Shown: piece by piece, positions 1-8,985 of the stretch
Layout of the letters: each line of letters begins with the position of its first letter
Numbering within the stretch: the stretch's first letter is position 1
NCBI RefSeq assembly: GCF_000195955.2
Contig: NC_000962.3
Coordinates: 2,760,001 to 2,792,000 of the forward strand
Length of the DNA: 32,000 nucleotides
Source of the DNA: Mycobacterium tuberculosis H37Rv
GTDB lineage: Bacteria; Actinomycetota; Actinomycetes; Mycobacteriales; Mycobacteriaceae
Direction of reading: 5' to 3'
Notes under the pieces: model-generated
Database searches by the model: none
What the model saw: only the letters and a program-made list of their open reading frames with translations
What the model was told of the DNA's origin: nothing
Program-made: the position numbers and the translations under genes

Positions 1-687
1 ATAGGTCATGACGACGCCACCGTGCTGCTGCGCCGCAGCGTCGAACTCGCCCAGGCTGCGCGCGACGAGGTCGGCGTTGGCGGTCTATCGGTCGCAGCCT
101 CGGTCGGGCCATACGGCGCCGCGCTGGCTGACGGATCCGAATACCGCGGATACTACGGCCTGTCCGTCGCAGCCTTGATGAAGTGGCATCTGCCACGGCT
201 CGAGGTGCTAGTCGATGCCGGCGCTGACATGCTCGCCCTGGAAACCATCCCCGATATCGACGAAGCCGAAGCGCTGGTCAACCTGGTGCGGCGGTTGGCT
301 ACGCCGGCCTGGCTCAGCTACACGATCAACGGGACGCGGACTCGCGCCGGGCAACCGCTCACCGACGCGTTTGCGGTGGCCGCAGGAGTTCCCGAGATCG
401 TCGCCGTCGGCGTCAACTGCTGCGCACCCGACGACGTGTTGCCGGCCATCGCTTTCGCCGTCGCCCACACAGGCAAACCGGTGATCGTGTACCCGAACAG
501 CGGTGAGGGTTGGGATGGTCGGCGCCGCGCCTGGGTAGGTCCGCGGCGGTTTTCCGGATCTTCCGGGCAGCTTGCGCGGGAATGGGTTGCGGCGGGCGCG
601 CGCATCGTGGGCGGATGCTGCCGAGTACGGCCGATCGATATTGCCGAAATCGGGCGAGCGCTGACCACCGCGCCGCCCCGAGGCTGA
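1..687 (+). CDS. mmuM: Homocysteine S-methyltransferase, C-terminal part (5' end outside window)
   Basis: Frame 1 is open from base 1 (IGHDDATVLLRRSVELAQ...). Contains LETIPDIDEAEAL and the Zn-binding C-terminus VGVNCC...GGCCRVRPIDIAEI typical of the family. TGA stop at 685-687. Confidence 0.93.
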   Translation: MGHDDATVLLRRSVELAQAARDEVGVGGLSVAASVGPYGAALADGSEYRGYYGLSVAALMKWHLPRLEVLVDAGADMLALETIPDIDEAEALVNLVRRLATPAWLSYTINGTRTRAGQPLTDAFAVAAGVPEIVAVGVNCCAPDDVLPAIAFAVAHTGKPVIVYPNSGEGWDGRRRAWVGPRRFSGSSGQLAREWVAAGARIVGGCCRVRPIDIAEIGRALTTAPPRG

Positions 688-853
688 AAGCGAAAATTGC
701 CTCTACTGCCTCATCGAGGCGTTACCTAGGGTTAGTTCTTGTGACCGCGAAGCCCGGCTACGCATGAGTAAGAACCGCATTATGGGCAACCAACCGGAGA
801 AGTCAGATGTGACTGCGGCACCCGACACCGTGGAGGGCGATTCCCACACTGCA

Positions 854-2380
854 ATGACACCGCGCCAGCGGCTGACCGTGTTGGCAACGGGGCTGGGCAT
901 CTTCATGGTGTTCGTGGACGTCAACATCGTCAATGTCGCATTGCCCAGCATCCAAAAGGTGTTTCACACGGGCGAACAAGGTCTGCAGTGGGCGGTCGCC
1001 GGGTACAGCCTGGGCATGGCGGCCGTGCTGATGAGTTGCGCCCTGCTGGGCGATCGCTACGGTCGCAGGCGCAGTTTTGTGTTCGGGGTCACGCTCTTCG
1101 TCGTGAGCTCTATTGTCTGTGTGCTACCGGTCAGCCTGGCAGTTTTCACGGTCGCACGAGTGATCCAAGGTTTAGGAGCGGCGTTCATCTCAGTGCTCTC
1201 GCTGGCCTTGCTAAGCCACTCCTTTCCCAATCCCCGAATGAAAGCACGGGCGATATCCAACTGGATGGCCATAGGCATGGTCGGTGCGGCATCTGCCCCC
1301 GCGCTGGGCGGGCTCATGGTCGACGGCCTCGGTTGGCGCAGCGTGTTCCTGGTGAACGTTCCGCTCGGTGCCATCGTGTGGCTGCTGACGCTAGTCGGTG
1401 TCGACGAGTCACAGGATCCCGAGCCCACTCAACTCGACTGGGTGGGACAGCTGACGCTTATCCCGGCCGTCGCCCTGATCGCATACACCATCATCGAGGC
1501 TCCCCGGTTCGACCGGCAGTCCGCCGGGTTCGTGGCGGCGTTGCTGTTAGCGGCTGGGGTACTGCTGTGGCTGTTTGTTCGACACGAACACCGCGCCGCT
1601 TTCCCGTTGGTCGATCTCAAACTGTTCGCCGAGCCGTTGTACCGATCGGTGCTGATCGTCTACTTCGTGGTGATGTCCTGCTTTTTCGGGACTCTGATGG
1701 TGATCACCCAGCACTTCCAAAATGTGCGCGACCTATCGCCGCTGCACGCGGGTTTGATGATGTTGCCGGTCCCCGCGGGATTCGGGGTGGCGAGTCTGCT
1801 GGCGGGTAGGGCGGTCAACAAATGGGGTCCTCAGCTCCCGGTGCTGACGTGCCTGGCGGCCATGTTCATCGGGTTGGCGATTTTCGCGATCTCGATGGAC
1901 CACGCGCATCCAGTGGCCCTTGTTGGCCTGACGATCTTTGGCGCGGGAGCCGGCGGCTGCGCCACACCGCTGTTGCATCTTGGAATGACCAAGGTCGATG
2001 ATGGCCGTGCCGGCATGGCCGCCGGGATGCTCAATCTGCAGCGGTCGCTGGGCGGCATTTTCGGCGTCGCCTTCCTGGGCACCATTGTCGCGGCCTGGTT
2101 GGGTGCCGCGCTGCCGAACACCATGGCCGACGAAATTCCCGATCCCATCGCTCGCGCGATCGTTGTCGACGTCATCGTGGACAGCGCGAATCCGCATGCC
2201 CACGCGGCATTTATCGGGCCAGGACACCGGATAACTGCGGCGCAGGAGGATGAGATCGTACTGGCCGCCGACGCGGTCTTCGTGAGCGGAATCAAGCTCG
2301 CGTTGGGCGGCGCCGCCGTATTGCTGACCGGCGCGTTCGTCCTTGGTTGGACGCGCTTCCCCCGGACCCCCGCCAGCTAA
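854..2380 (+). CDS. jefA: Major facilitator superfamily drug exporter, 14-TM DHA2-like (Rv2459-type)
   Basis: Track ORF 764..2380. MTPRQRLTVLATGLG start at ATG 854 gives 508 aa. Motifs VDVNIVNVALPSI, LGDRYGRRRSF and many hydrophobic segments. The upstream in-frame start at 764 cannot be excluded. Confidence 0.88.
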   Translation: MTPRQRLTVLATGLGIFMVFVDVNIVNVALPSIQKVFHTGEQGLQWAVAGYSLGMAAVLMSCALLGDRYGRRRSFVFGVTLFVVSSIVCVLPVSLAVFTVARVIQGLGAAFISVLSLALLSHSFPNPRMKARAISNWMAIGMVGAASAPALGGLMVDGLGWRSVFLVNVPLGAIVWLLTLVGVDESQDPEPTQLDWVGQLTLIPAVALIAYTIIEAPRFDRQSAGFVAALLLAAGVLLWLFVRHEHRAAFPLVDLKLFAEPLYRSVLIVYFVVMSCFFGTLMVITQHFQNVRDLSPLHAGLMMLPVPAGFGVASLLAGRAVNKWGPQLPVLTCLAAMFIGLAIFAISMDHAHPVALVGLTIFGAGAGGCATPLLHLGMTKVDDGRAGMAAGMLNLQRSLGGIFGVAFLGTIVAAWLGAALPNTMADEIPDPIARAIVVDVIVDSANPHAHAAFIGPGHRITAAQEDEIVLAADAVFVSGIKLALGGAAVLLTGAFVLGWTRFPRTPAS

Positions 2381-2530
2381 GTGGTCTCGCTCGGTGCGCC
2401 CCCACAGTCCCTGCGCCGAGATCGACGTTAGCGTCACGCCTTATGGTGATTTTCCGCTCTGGCGTGGATCTCGGCGCATGTCGGGTGGCGACCACCAAGC
2501 CACGCCACGGCCGCACCACCCGCCCATGGC

Positions 2531-3175
2531 TCAGGCGGTTTGCGCGGAGAGCTTCCGGTACTCGAGCACCGTGTCGATGATGCCGTAGTCCTTAGCCTCT
2601 TCCGCGGTCAAGATCTTGTCCCGGTCAGTGTCTTTGCGGATCACTCCGGCGTCCTTGCCGGTGTGGCGGGCCAGCGTGGTTTCCATCAGGGTGCGCATCC
2701 GCTCGATCTCGGCGGCCTGGATCTCCAGATCGGAGAACTGTCCCTGGATCACGCCCGACAACGACGGCTGATGGATCAACACCCGCGCATTCGGCAGCGC
2801 CATGCGCTTGCCCGGTGTTCCGGCGGCCAGCAGCACCGCAGCCGCCGAGGCGGCCTGGCCCAGACACACCGTCTGGATATCGGCCCGCACGTATTGCATG
2901 GTGTCGTAGATCGCCATCAGCGAGGTGAACCCACCGCCCGGCGAGTTGATGTACATGGTGATATCGCGGTCGGGATCCAACGACTCCAACACCAGCAACT
3001 GTGCCATGATGTCGTTCGCCGACGCGTCGTCGACCTGGACGCCGAGGAAGATGATGCGTTCCTCGAACAGCTTGTTGTATGGATTGGACTCCTTGACCCC
3101 GAAGCTGGAGTGCTCGATGAACGACGGCAGGATGTAGCGCGCCTGGGGCTGGATCTGAGAATTTTGGGAATTCAC
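2531..3175 (-). CDS. clpP2: ATP-dependent Clp protease proteolytic subunit 2
   Basis: 214 aa. ClpP signatures [20 protein letters not shown] (Ser) and [11 protein letters not shown] (His). Confidence 0.97.
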   Translation of the reverse strand: MNSQNSQIQPQARYILPSFIEHSSFGVKESNPYNKLFEERIIFLGVQVDDASANDIMAQLLVLESLDPDRDITMYINSPGGGFTSLMAIYDTMQYVRADIQTVCLGQAASAAAVLLAAGTPGKRMALPNARVLIHQPSLSGVIQGQFSDLEIQAAEIERMRTLMETTLARHTGKDAGVIRKDTDRDKILTAEEAKDYGIIDTVLEYRKLSAQTA

Positions 3176-3774
3176 TGTGCTTCTCCATTGACGTGGGCGC
3201 GGGTGATGATGTGATCGACGAAACCGTATTCCAGGGCTTCGGCGGCGGTGAACCAGCGGTCGCGATCGGAATCCGCCTCAATGCGCTCGATCGGCTGGCC
3301 GGTGAATTCGGCGTTGAGCCGGAACATTTCTTTCTTGATCACGGCGAACTGCTCGGCCTGGATGGCGATATCGGCCGCGCTGCCGGTCACCCCGCCCAAC
3401 GGCTGGTGCATCAGGATGCGAGCATGCGGCAGCGCGTAGCGCTTGCCCTTGGTACCTGCCGCCAGCAGGAACTCGCCCATCGAGGCGGCCATGCCCATCG
3501 CGTAGGTGGCGATGTCACAGGGCGCCAGCACCATGGTGTCGTAGATCGCCATGCCGGCGCTGATCGATCCACCCGGCGAATTGATGTAGAGGCTGATGTC
3601 CTTGCTGGCGTCTTCGGCGGCCAGCAGCAGAATCTGAGCGCATAACCGGTTGGCGATCTCGTCGTTCACCTCCGAGCCCAGGAAGATGATGCGCTCGGAG
3701 AGCAAGCGCTCGTAGACCGAATCCGTGAGGCTAAGACCCTGCGAGTTCGAACGCATGTCAGTCACTTGGCTCAC
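3172..3774 (-). CDS. clpP1: ATP-dependent Clp protease proteolytic subunit 1
   Basis: 200 aa. ClpP signatures [17 protein letters not shown] and [12 protein letters not shown]. 4-bp overlap with clpP2. Confidence 0.97.
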   Translation of the reverse strand: MSQVTDMRSNSQGLSLTDSVYERLLSERIIFLGSEVNDEIANRLCAQILLLAAEDASKDISLYINSPGGSISAGMAIYDTMVLAPCDIATYAMGMAASMGEFLLAAGTKGKRYALPHARILMHQPLGGVTGSAADIAIQAEQFAVIKKEMFRLNAEFTGQPIERIEADSDRDRWFTAAEALEYGFVDHIITRAHVNGEAQ

Positions 3775-3871
3775 AGTGGGGCACCTGCTTTCCTCGAGTT
3801 CTTCTATGCTCCGACACTAACCAACCAGGCTGGCTGTTTCGCGGTCACGCACCCCCTGAAACCGGCGCGTT

Positions 3872-3882
3872 CGCTTACAGCG
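3872..3882. promoter_or_regulatory. Candidate ClgR-type operator (CGCT-TAC-AGCG) upstream of clpP1
   Basis: Palindrome CGCTTACAGCG inside GTTCGCTTACAGCGTCAT, about 100 bp upstream of the clpP1 start. clpP1P2 is known to be ClgR-activated in actinobacteria. Confidence 0.35.
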
Positions 3883-3890
3883 TCATACGG

Positions 3891-5291
3891 TCACGTTGTC
3901 GCTTCGTCGGACGCCGCCCGCGCGGCACCCTCGTCTGCCGGTTCGGCCTCCTCAGCCTCACCGGCCGACACACGCTTGCCGAAGAACTCACTGGTATCGA
4001 TCGTGTTTCCGTCACTGTCGGTGACCGTCGCCGCCTCCACTGCGGCCCTGATCGCCAGCTCGCGCCGCACGTCAGCGAACATGGTCGGCAGCTGGTTGCG
4101 CTCTTGGAGGTAGCCGAACAGCTGCTGCGGCTCGATGCCGTATTGCCGAGACGTCGTCACCAGTCGTTCGGTCAGATCATCCTGGCCAACTTGGACCTGC
4201 AGCTCATCGGCCAGGGCGTCTAGCAACAGCTGCCTCTTGACGTCCTTTTCTGAGGCGGTGCGCGCCTCGGCATCGAACGCCGCGCGTGACGAGCCTTGCT
4301 CGACGAGCAACTCATTGAACCGGGCTTCGTCGTGATTAAGACCGCTGAGCGCGCTGTGCAGCACGCTGTCGAATTGGGCCTGCACATACGACTCCGGCAA
4401 CGGCACGTCGACCTGTTCGAGTAGCGCATCGATGGTGGCGTTTCGAATCTGCTCGGCCTGCTGGGCGCGCTTGGCCTGGCGCACCTGGTCGCTGAGGCTG
4501 GCCCGCAATTCGTCGATGCTGTCGAACTCGCTGGCTAACTGCGCGAATTCGTCGTCGGGCTCTGGTAGTTCGCGCTCCTTAACCGACCTGACCGTGACGG
4601 TAACCTGAGCTTCCTGCCCGGCGTGCTCGCCGGCTGCCAGCTTGGCGGTGAAGACCCGGGACTCGTCGGCGGACAGACCAACAACCGCGTCGTCGAGACC
4701 TGCGATGAGCCGGCCGGAGCCGACCTCGTGGGAGAGTCCCTCAGCGGCTGCGTTCGGTATGTCCTCTCCGTCGACCGTGGCAGACAAGTCGATCGAGACG
4801 ACGTCGCCGACGGCCACCGGCCGGTCCACCGCGGTCAGGGTGCCGAACCGGGTACGTAACGACTGCAGTTCGGCGTCGACGTCGTCCTCACCGATTTCGA
4901 TCGGATCCACCGAGACCGTCAGCGCGCTCAGGTCCGGGGGACTGATCTTCGGGCGGATGTCGACCTCGGCGGTGAATTGCAGGTCCTGGCCGTACTCCTT
5001 CTTGGTCACCTCGATGTTGGGCCGGCCGAGCGGTTGGACATCCGACTCGGCCACCGCCTGTCCGTACCGGCTGGGCAGCGCATCGTTGACGATTTGATCC
5101 AGCATGGCCTCCCGGCCGATGCGGGCTTCGAGTAGTTTGGCCGGCGCCTTCCCGGGCCGGAAGCCGGGCAGCCGCACCTGTTTGGCCAGCTCTTTGTAGG
5201 CCCGCTGGAAATCCGGCTCAAGCTCGGCGAATGGCACCTCCACGTTGATACGAACCCGGGTGGGGCTCAACTGCTCGACGGTGCTCTTCAC
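3891..5291 (-). CDS. tig: Trigger factor
   Basis: 466 aa. N-terminal ribosome-binding signature [19 protein letters not shown]; FKBP-like and C-terminal domains; adjacent to clpP1P2. Confidence 0.96.
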   Translation of the reverse strand: MKSTVEQLSPTRVRINVEVPFAELEPDFQRAYKELAKQVRLPGFRPGKAPAKLLEARIGREAMLDQIVNDALPSRYGQAVAESDVQPLGRPNIEVTKKEYGQDLQFTAEVDIRPKISPPDLSALTVSVDPIEIGEDDVDAELQSLRTRFGTLTAVDRPVAVGDVVSIDLSATVDGEDIPNAAAEGLSHEVGSGRLIAGLDDAVVGLSADESRVFTAKLAAGEHAGQEAQVTVTVRSVKERELPEPDDEFAQLASEFDSIDELRASLSDQVRQAKRAQQAEQIRNATIDALLEQVDVPLPESYVQAQFDSVLHSALSGLNHDEARFNELLVEQGSSRAAFDAEARTASEKDVKRQLLLDALADELQVQVGQDDLTERLVTTSRQYGIEPQQLFGYLQERNQLPTMFADVRRELAIRAAVEAATVTDSDGNTIDTSEFFGKRVSAGEAEEAEPADEGAARAASDEATT

Positions 5292-5330
5292 GGGTGTGCT
5301 CCTTGGTAGTCGATAACGGCGGTCGGCTGG

Positions 5331-5404
5331 TCGGGGTGACAGGATTTGAACCTGCGGCCTTCCGCTCCCAAAGCGGATGCGCTACCAAGCTGCGCTACAC
5401 CCCG
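5331..5404 (-). tRNA. tRNA-Pro, anticodon TGG
   Basis: Minus-strand CGGGGTGTAGCGCAGCTTGGTAGCGCATCCGCTTTGGGAGCGGAAGGCCGCAGGTTCAAATCCTGTCACCCCGA. 7-bp acceptor stem, loop TTTGGGA, T-loop GTTCAAATC. Confidence 0.96.
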
Positions 5405-5455
5405 CGCTGACCTCGCGATCCTACGGCCCGGCGACACCGGCACCGCAATGACCTC

Positions 5456-5480
5456 TTGAGACCTCACGGGAAGGTCTCAA
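5456..5480. other. 9-bp perfect inverted repeat, hairpin-forming, between divergent tRNA genes
   Basis: TTGAGACCT-CACGGGA-AGGTCTCAA. Confidence 0.6.
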
Positions 5481-5540
5481 AACGACTCCGATTAGATTTG
5501 ATGTCTGTCACCACGTACAGTCGCGCTCGACTAAATACAT

Positions 5541-5611
5541 GCGGGCGTAGCTCAATGGTAGAGCCCTAGTCTTCCAAACTAGCGACGCGGGTTCGATTCC
5601 CGTCGCCCGCT
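5541..5611 (+). tRNA. tRNA-Gly, anticodon TCC
   Basis: GCGGGCGTAGCTCAATGGTAGAGCCCTAGTCTTCCAAACTAGCGACGCGGGTTCGATTCCCGTCGCCCGCT. Acceptor GCGGGCG/CGCCCGC, anticodon loop CTTCCAA. Confidence 0.96.
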
Positions 5612-5654
5612 CGGGCCATGCGTTTGTTCGGCAGAAAGGCGCCATGCGCGACCC

Positions 5655-6839
5655 ATGAATCAGCCTGACATCAAGGGCTCGTGCGCGTCGGAGTTCACCA
5701 AGGTACGCGACGCGTTCGAGCGCAACTTTGTGCTGCGCAACGAGGTCGGCGCGGCCGTCGCGGTGTGGGTCGACGGGGATCTTGTCGTCAACCTGTGGGG
5801 CGGCTCCGCCGACGCCGGCGGTACCCGGCCCTGGCAGCACGACACGCTGGCCACCGTGCTGTCCGGTACCAAGGCACTAACGGCCACGTGTGTGCATCAG
5901 CTCGTCGATCGCGGTGAGCTTGACCTGCATGCGCCGGTGGCACGCTACTGGCCCGAGTTCGGACAGGCGGGTAAGCAGGCCATCACGCTGGCGATGGTGA
6001 TGAGCCACCGCTCCGGGGCGATCGGGCCGCGCGGACGGCTGGGCTGGGAGCAGGTCGCCGATTGGGATTTTGTCTGCGAGCAACTGGCCGCCGCCGAACC
6101 GTGGTGGCAGCCGGGTGCCGCGCAGGGCTACCACATGACCACCTTCGGTTTCATCCTCGGCGAAGTGTTCCGCCGCGTCACAGGCCGTACGGTCGGTCAA
6201 TACCTGCGTACCGAGATCGCTGAGCCGCTGGGTGCGGACGTCCACATTGGCTTGCATCCCGGCGAACAGCTCCGCTGCGCCGATCTAGTTGATAAGCCGC
6301 ACATCCGCCAATTGCTGGCCGACGTCCAAGCCCCCGGCTACCCCACCAGCCTAAACGAACATCCCAAGGCTGCATTGTCGGTGTCGATGGGCTTCGCCCC
6401 CGACGACGAACTCGGCTCCAACGACCTGCAGCTGTGGCGTCAGATCGAATTCCCCGGCACCAACGGCCAGGTGTCTGCGCTGGGGCTGGCGACGTTCTAC
6501 AACGGGCTTGCCCAGGAGAAGCTGCTCAGCCGCGAGCACATGGAGCTGGTCCGGGTCTCACAGGGCGGCTTCGACACCGATCTGGTGCTCGGCCCGAGGG
6601 TCGCCGACCATGGCTGGGGTCTGGGCTACATGCTCAACCAGCGCGGCGTCAATGGACCCAACCCACGGATTTTCGGGCATGGTGGCCTCGGCGGCTCGTT
6701 TGGGTTCGTCGACCTCGAGCACCGGATCGGCTACGCCTACGTGATGAACCGCTTCGACGCCACCAAGGCCAACGCGGATCCGCGCAGCGTCGTCCTGTCC
6801 AACGAGGTCTACGCCGCGCTCGGGGTAAACCGTTCCTAG
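5655..6839 (+). CDS. lipP: Beta-lactamase-like serine esterase/lipase (LipP type)
   Basis: 394 aa. Class C beta-lactamase/esterase motif VLSGTKAL (SxxK-like STK context), FRRVTGRTVGQYLRTEIAEPLG and HGGLGG. Confidence 0.9.
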   Translation: MNQPDIKGSCASEFTKVRDAFERNFVLRNEVGAAVAVWVDGDLVVNLWGGSADAGGTRPWQHDTLATVLSGTKALTATCVHQLVDRGELDLHAPVARYWPEFGQAGKQAITLAMVMSHRSGAIGPRGRLGWEQVADWDFVCEQLAAAEPWWQPGAAQGYHMTTFGFILGEVFRRVTGRTVGQYLRTEIAEPLGADVHIGLHPGEQLRCADLVDKPHIRQLLADVQAPGYPTSLNEHPKAALSVSMGFAPDDELGSNDLQLWRQIEFPGTNGQVSALGLATFYNGLAQEKLLSREHMELVRVSQGGFDTDLVLGPRVADHGWGLGYMLNQRGVNGPNPRIFGHGGLGGSFGFVDLEHRIGYAYVMNRFDATKANADPRSVVLSNEVYAALGVNRS

Positions 6840-6858
6840 ACGGCTAGCCACCAGGCGG

Positions 6859-7665
6859 TCAGGTCTGACAGACCGGGCACCAGAAAACATTGCGGCCCTC
6901 GAGCAGTGCCGTGCGGATCACTCCCCCACACACCCGACACGGCTCGCCGGCTCGGCGGTACACATAGGTGCGGGGCCGGTCGGGCAGATATGACGGCAGA
7001 CCATGGTCATGTTCGGGGCGCACCACGATGATCTTGCCGCGGCGCAAGCCCACCTTCATCAACGACACCAGATCGTTCCAGGCCGCGTCGAATTCCGGCT
7101 CACCGATCCCGCGGCCGGGCCGCTGTGGGTCGATCCGGTGCCGAAAAAGCAACTCATTACGGTAGACGTTGCCAACACCGGCGATCACCGTTTGGTCCAT
7201 CAAGAGCGCGCCTATGGGCCTGCGAGACTTGGTGATCCGAGACCATGCCGACGACGGGTTGGCGTCGCTACGCAACGGGTCGGGTCCCAGCCTGGCAACC
7301 ACGTCCGCAACCTCGCCGTCGTCGATCGACTCACACACCGTCGGGCCGCGCAAGTCGGTGCCGAATTCTGCCCCGACCATCCGCATCCGCACCTGCCCCG
7401 CGGGTTCGGGTAGCCACCCATCTGTGGGGCGTGCCCATTCGGTGAAGGTGCCATAGAGCCCGAGATGCACGTGCACCACGGGGCCGCCGACGTAGTGATG
7501 GAACAGGTGTTTGCCCCAGGCACTGGCCCGCCGCAACACCCGACCGTTGAGCGCGGAAGCCGAATCGGCGAACCGGCCCTGGGGGCTGGACACCGAGACC
7601 GGCGCACCGGCGAACCGGCGCTGGTGCAGCCGGGCCAGCCGATGCAGCGTATGCCCCTCAGGCAC
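6859..7665 (-). CDS. Fpg/Nei family DNA glycosylase (Rv2464c type)
   Basis: GTG start at 7665 gives PEGHTLHRL with the catalytic Pro-Glu N-terminus (268 aa). C-terminal zinc finger CRVCGG...VFWCPVCQ. The longer 302-aa track ORF would bury the catalytic N-terminus. Confidence 0.92.
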   Translation of the reverse strand: MPEGHTLHRLARLHQRRFAGAPVSVSSPQGRFADSASALNGRVLRRASAWGKHLFHHYVGGPVVHVHLGLYGTFTEWARPTDGWLPEPAGQVRMRMVGAEFGTDLRGPTVCESIDDGEVADVVARLGPDPLRSDANPSSAWSRITKSRRPIGALLMDQTVIAGVGNVYRNELLFRHRIDPQRPGRGIGEPEFDAAWNDLVSLMKVGLRRGKIIVVRPEHDHGLPSYLPDRPRTYVYRRAGEPCRVCGGVIRTALLEGRNVFWCPVCQT

Positions 7666-7670
7666 GGGAG

Positions 7671-8159
7671 TCAGGCCGGAGCGCCGGGCACCGGCGGCGC
7701 TTCGTGGGTCCGTTCGTACTCGGCGAGAATGTCGATACGCCGTTGGTGGCGTTGCGCTTTCGACCACGGCGTGGTGACGAAGGCGTCGACTATCGCCAGT
7801 GCCTCGGCCACCGTGTGCATGCGGCCGCCGATGCCGATCAATTGGGCGTTGTTGTGCTCGCGAGCCAGCGCCGCGGTCTGCACACTCCAGGCCAGCGCGC
7901 AGCGAGCGCCGGGCACCTTGTTGGCGGCGATCTGCTCCCCGTTGCCCGATCCGCCCAGCACGATGCCCAGGCTGCCCGGATCGGCGACAGTGCGCGTCGC
8001 TGCGGCAATGCAGAATGCCGGGTAGTCGTCGTCGGCGTCGTAGCGCAACGCGCCGCAGTCGATCGGCTCGTGGCCGGTTTGCTTCAGGTGCTCGATGATC
8101 CGCTGCTTGAGCTCATATCCGGCGTGGTCGGCCCCCAGGTAGACGCGCATGCCCGACAT
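7671..8159 (-). CDS. rpiB: Ribose-5-phosphate isomerase B
   Basis: MRVYLGADHAGYELK, DYPAFC, GIVLGGSGNGEQIAANK. RpiB/LacAB family. Confidence 0.95.
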   Translation of the reverse strand: MSGMRVYLGADHAGYELKQRIIEHLKQTGHEPIDCGALRYDADDDYPAFCIAAATRTVADPGSLGIVLGGSGNGEQIAANKVPGARCALAWSVQTAALAREHNNAQLIGIGGRMHTVAEALAIVDAFVTTPWSKAQRHQRRIDILAEYERTHEAPPVPGAPA

Positions 8160-8195
8160 TGTGCCCGACACACTGCCGGGCGCCGGCGCGGGCGC

Positions 8196-8260
8196 CCGCC
8201 GATAGTGAATTCGGCGACAAGAACCCGGGCGTGTTCCGGCGCCGAATTCACTATCGGCGG
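8196..8260. repeat. Perfect 21-bp inverted repeat, 23-nt loop
   Basis: Left arm CCGCCGATAGTGAATTCGGCG (8196-8216). Right arm CGCCGAATTCACTATCGGCGG (8240-8260). Intergenic between the stop codon at 8261 and the rpiB start. Confidence 0.95.
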
Positions 8261-8884
8261 CTAGTCGAACTGAGGCGGCTCGGTGCGGGTCCGCTTGAGC
8301 TCAAAAAAGTGCGGGTAGGAAGCGAAGGTAACCGAGGCATCCCAGAGCTTGCCGGCTTCCTCGCCGCGCGGAATCTTCGAGAGCACCGGCCCGAAGAACG
8401 CCACACCATTGACATGGATCGTCGGCGTACCGACGTCCTCGCCCACCGCGTCCATCCCGGCGTGGTGGCTTTTGCGCAGGGCGTTGTCGTAAGCGTCGCT
8501 GGTAGCGGCCTTGGCCAACTCCGCGGGCAGACCGGCGTCCGCCAGCGACTGGGTGATGACCTCGTCGAGTTCGTGGTTGCCCTGGTTGTGAATCCGGTTG
8601 CCCATCGCGGTGTACAGCGGGTCCAGGACTTTCGCCCCATGGGCCTGCTCGGCGGCGATCGCCACCCGTACCGGTCCCCATGCCCTCGCCATGCCTTCGC
8701 GGTATTGCTCGGGCAGGTCGTCACGGTTTTCGTTGAGTATTGCCAGGCTCATGACGTGGAAGTTCACCTCGATGTCGCGGACCTTTGCCACCTCGAGGAT
8801 CCAGCGCGACGTGATCCAGCACCACGGGCACAGCGGATCGAACCAGAAATCGGCGACAGACTTCTGGGGGGCCTTCTCGAGCAT
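8261..8884 (-). CDS. DsbA-like thioredoxin-fold oxidoreductase (mycothiol-dependent reductase, Rv2466c type)
   Basis: 207 aa. [15 protein letters not shown] active-site CPWC; DsbA-family [20 protein letters not shown]. Confidence 0.9.
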   Translation of the reverse strand: MLEKAPQKSVADFWFDPLCPWCWITSRWILEVAKVRDIEVNFHVMSLAILNENRDDLPEQYREGMARAWGPVRVAIAAEQAHGAKVLDPLYTAMGNRIHNQGNHELDEVITQSLADAGLPAELAKAATSDAYDNALRKSHHAGMDAVGEDVGTPTIHVNGVAFFGPVLSKIPRGEEAGKLWDASVTFASYPHFFELKRTRTEPPQFD

Positions 8885-8985
8885 GGCGCGGTCCTCTCGT
8901 TGGAGTCAGCAGCGGTGAGTACACCGCCCAGCACAACCACGGCCGCCCCGCACCTGTTCCCGCCGACCCGGTTAAGTTGGACGCC

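Noticed and set aside
988-1809. 273-aa plus-strand ORF overlapping the MFS exporter gene
   Set aside because: Alternate frame of a clear transporter CDS, with Arg-rich composition typical of shifted frames.
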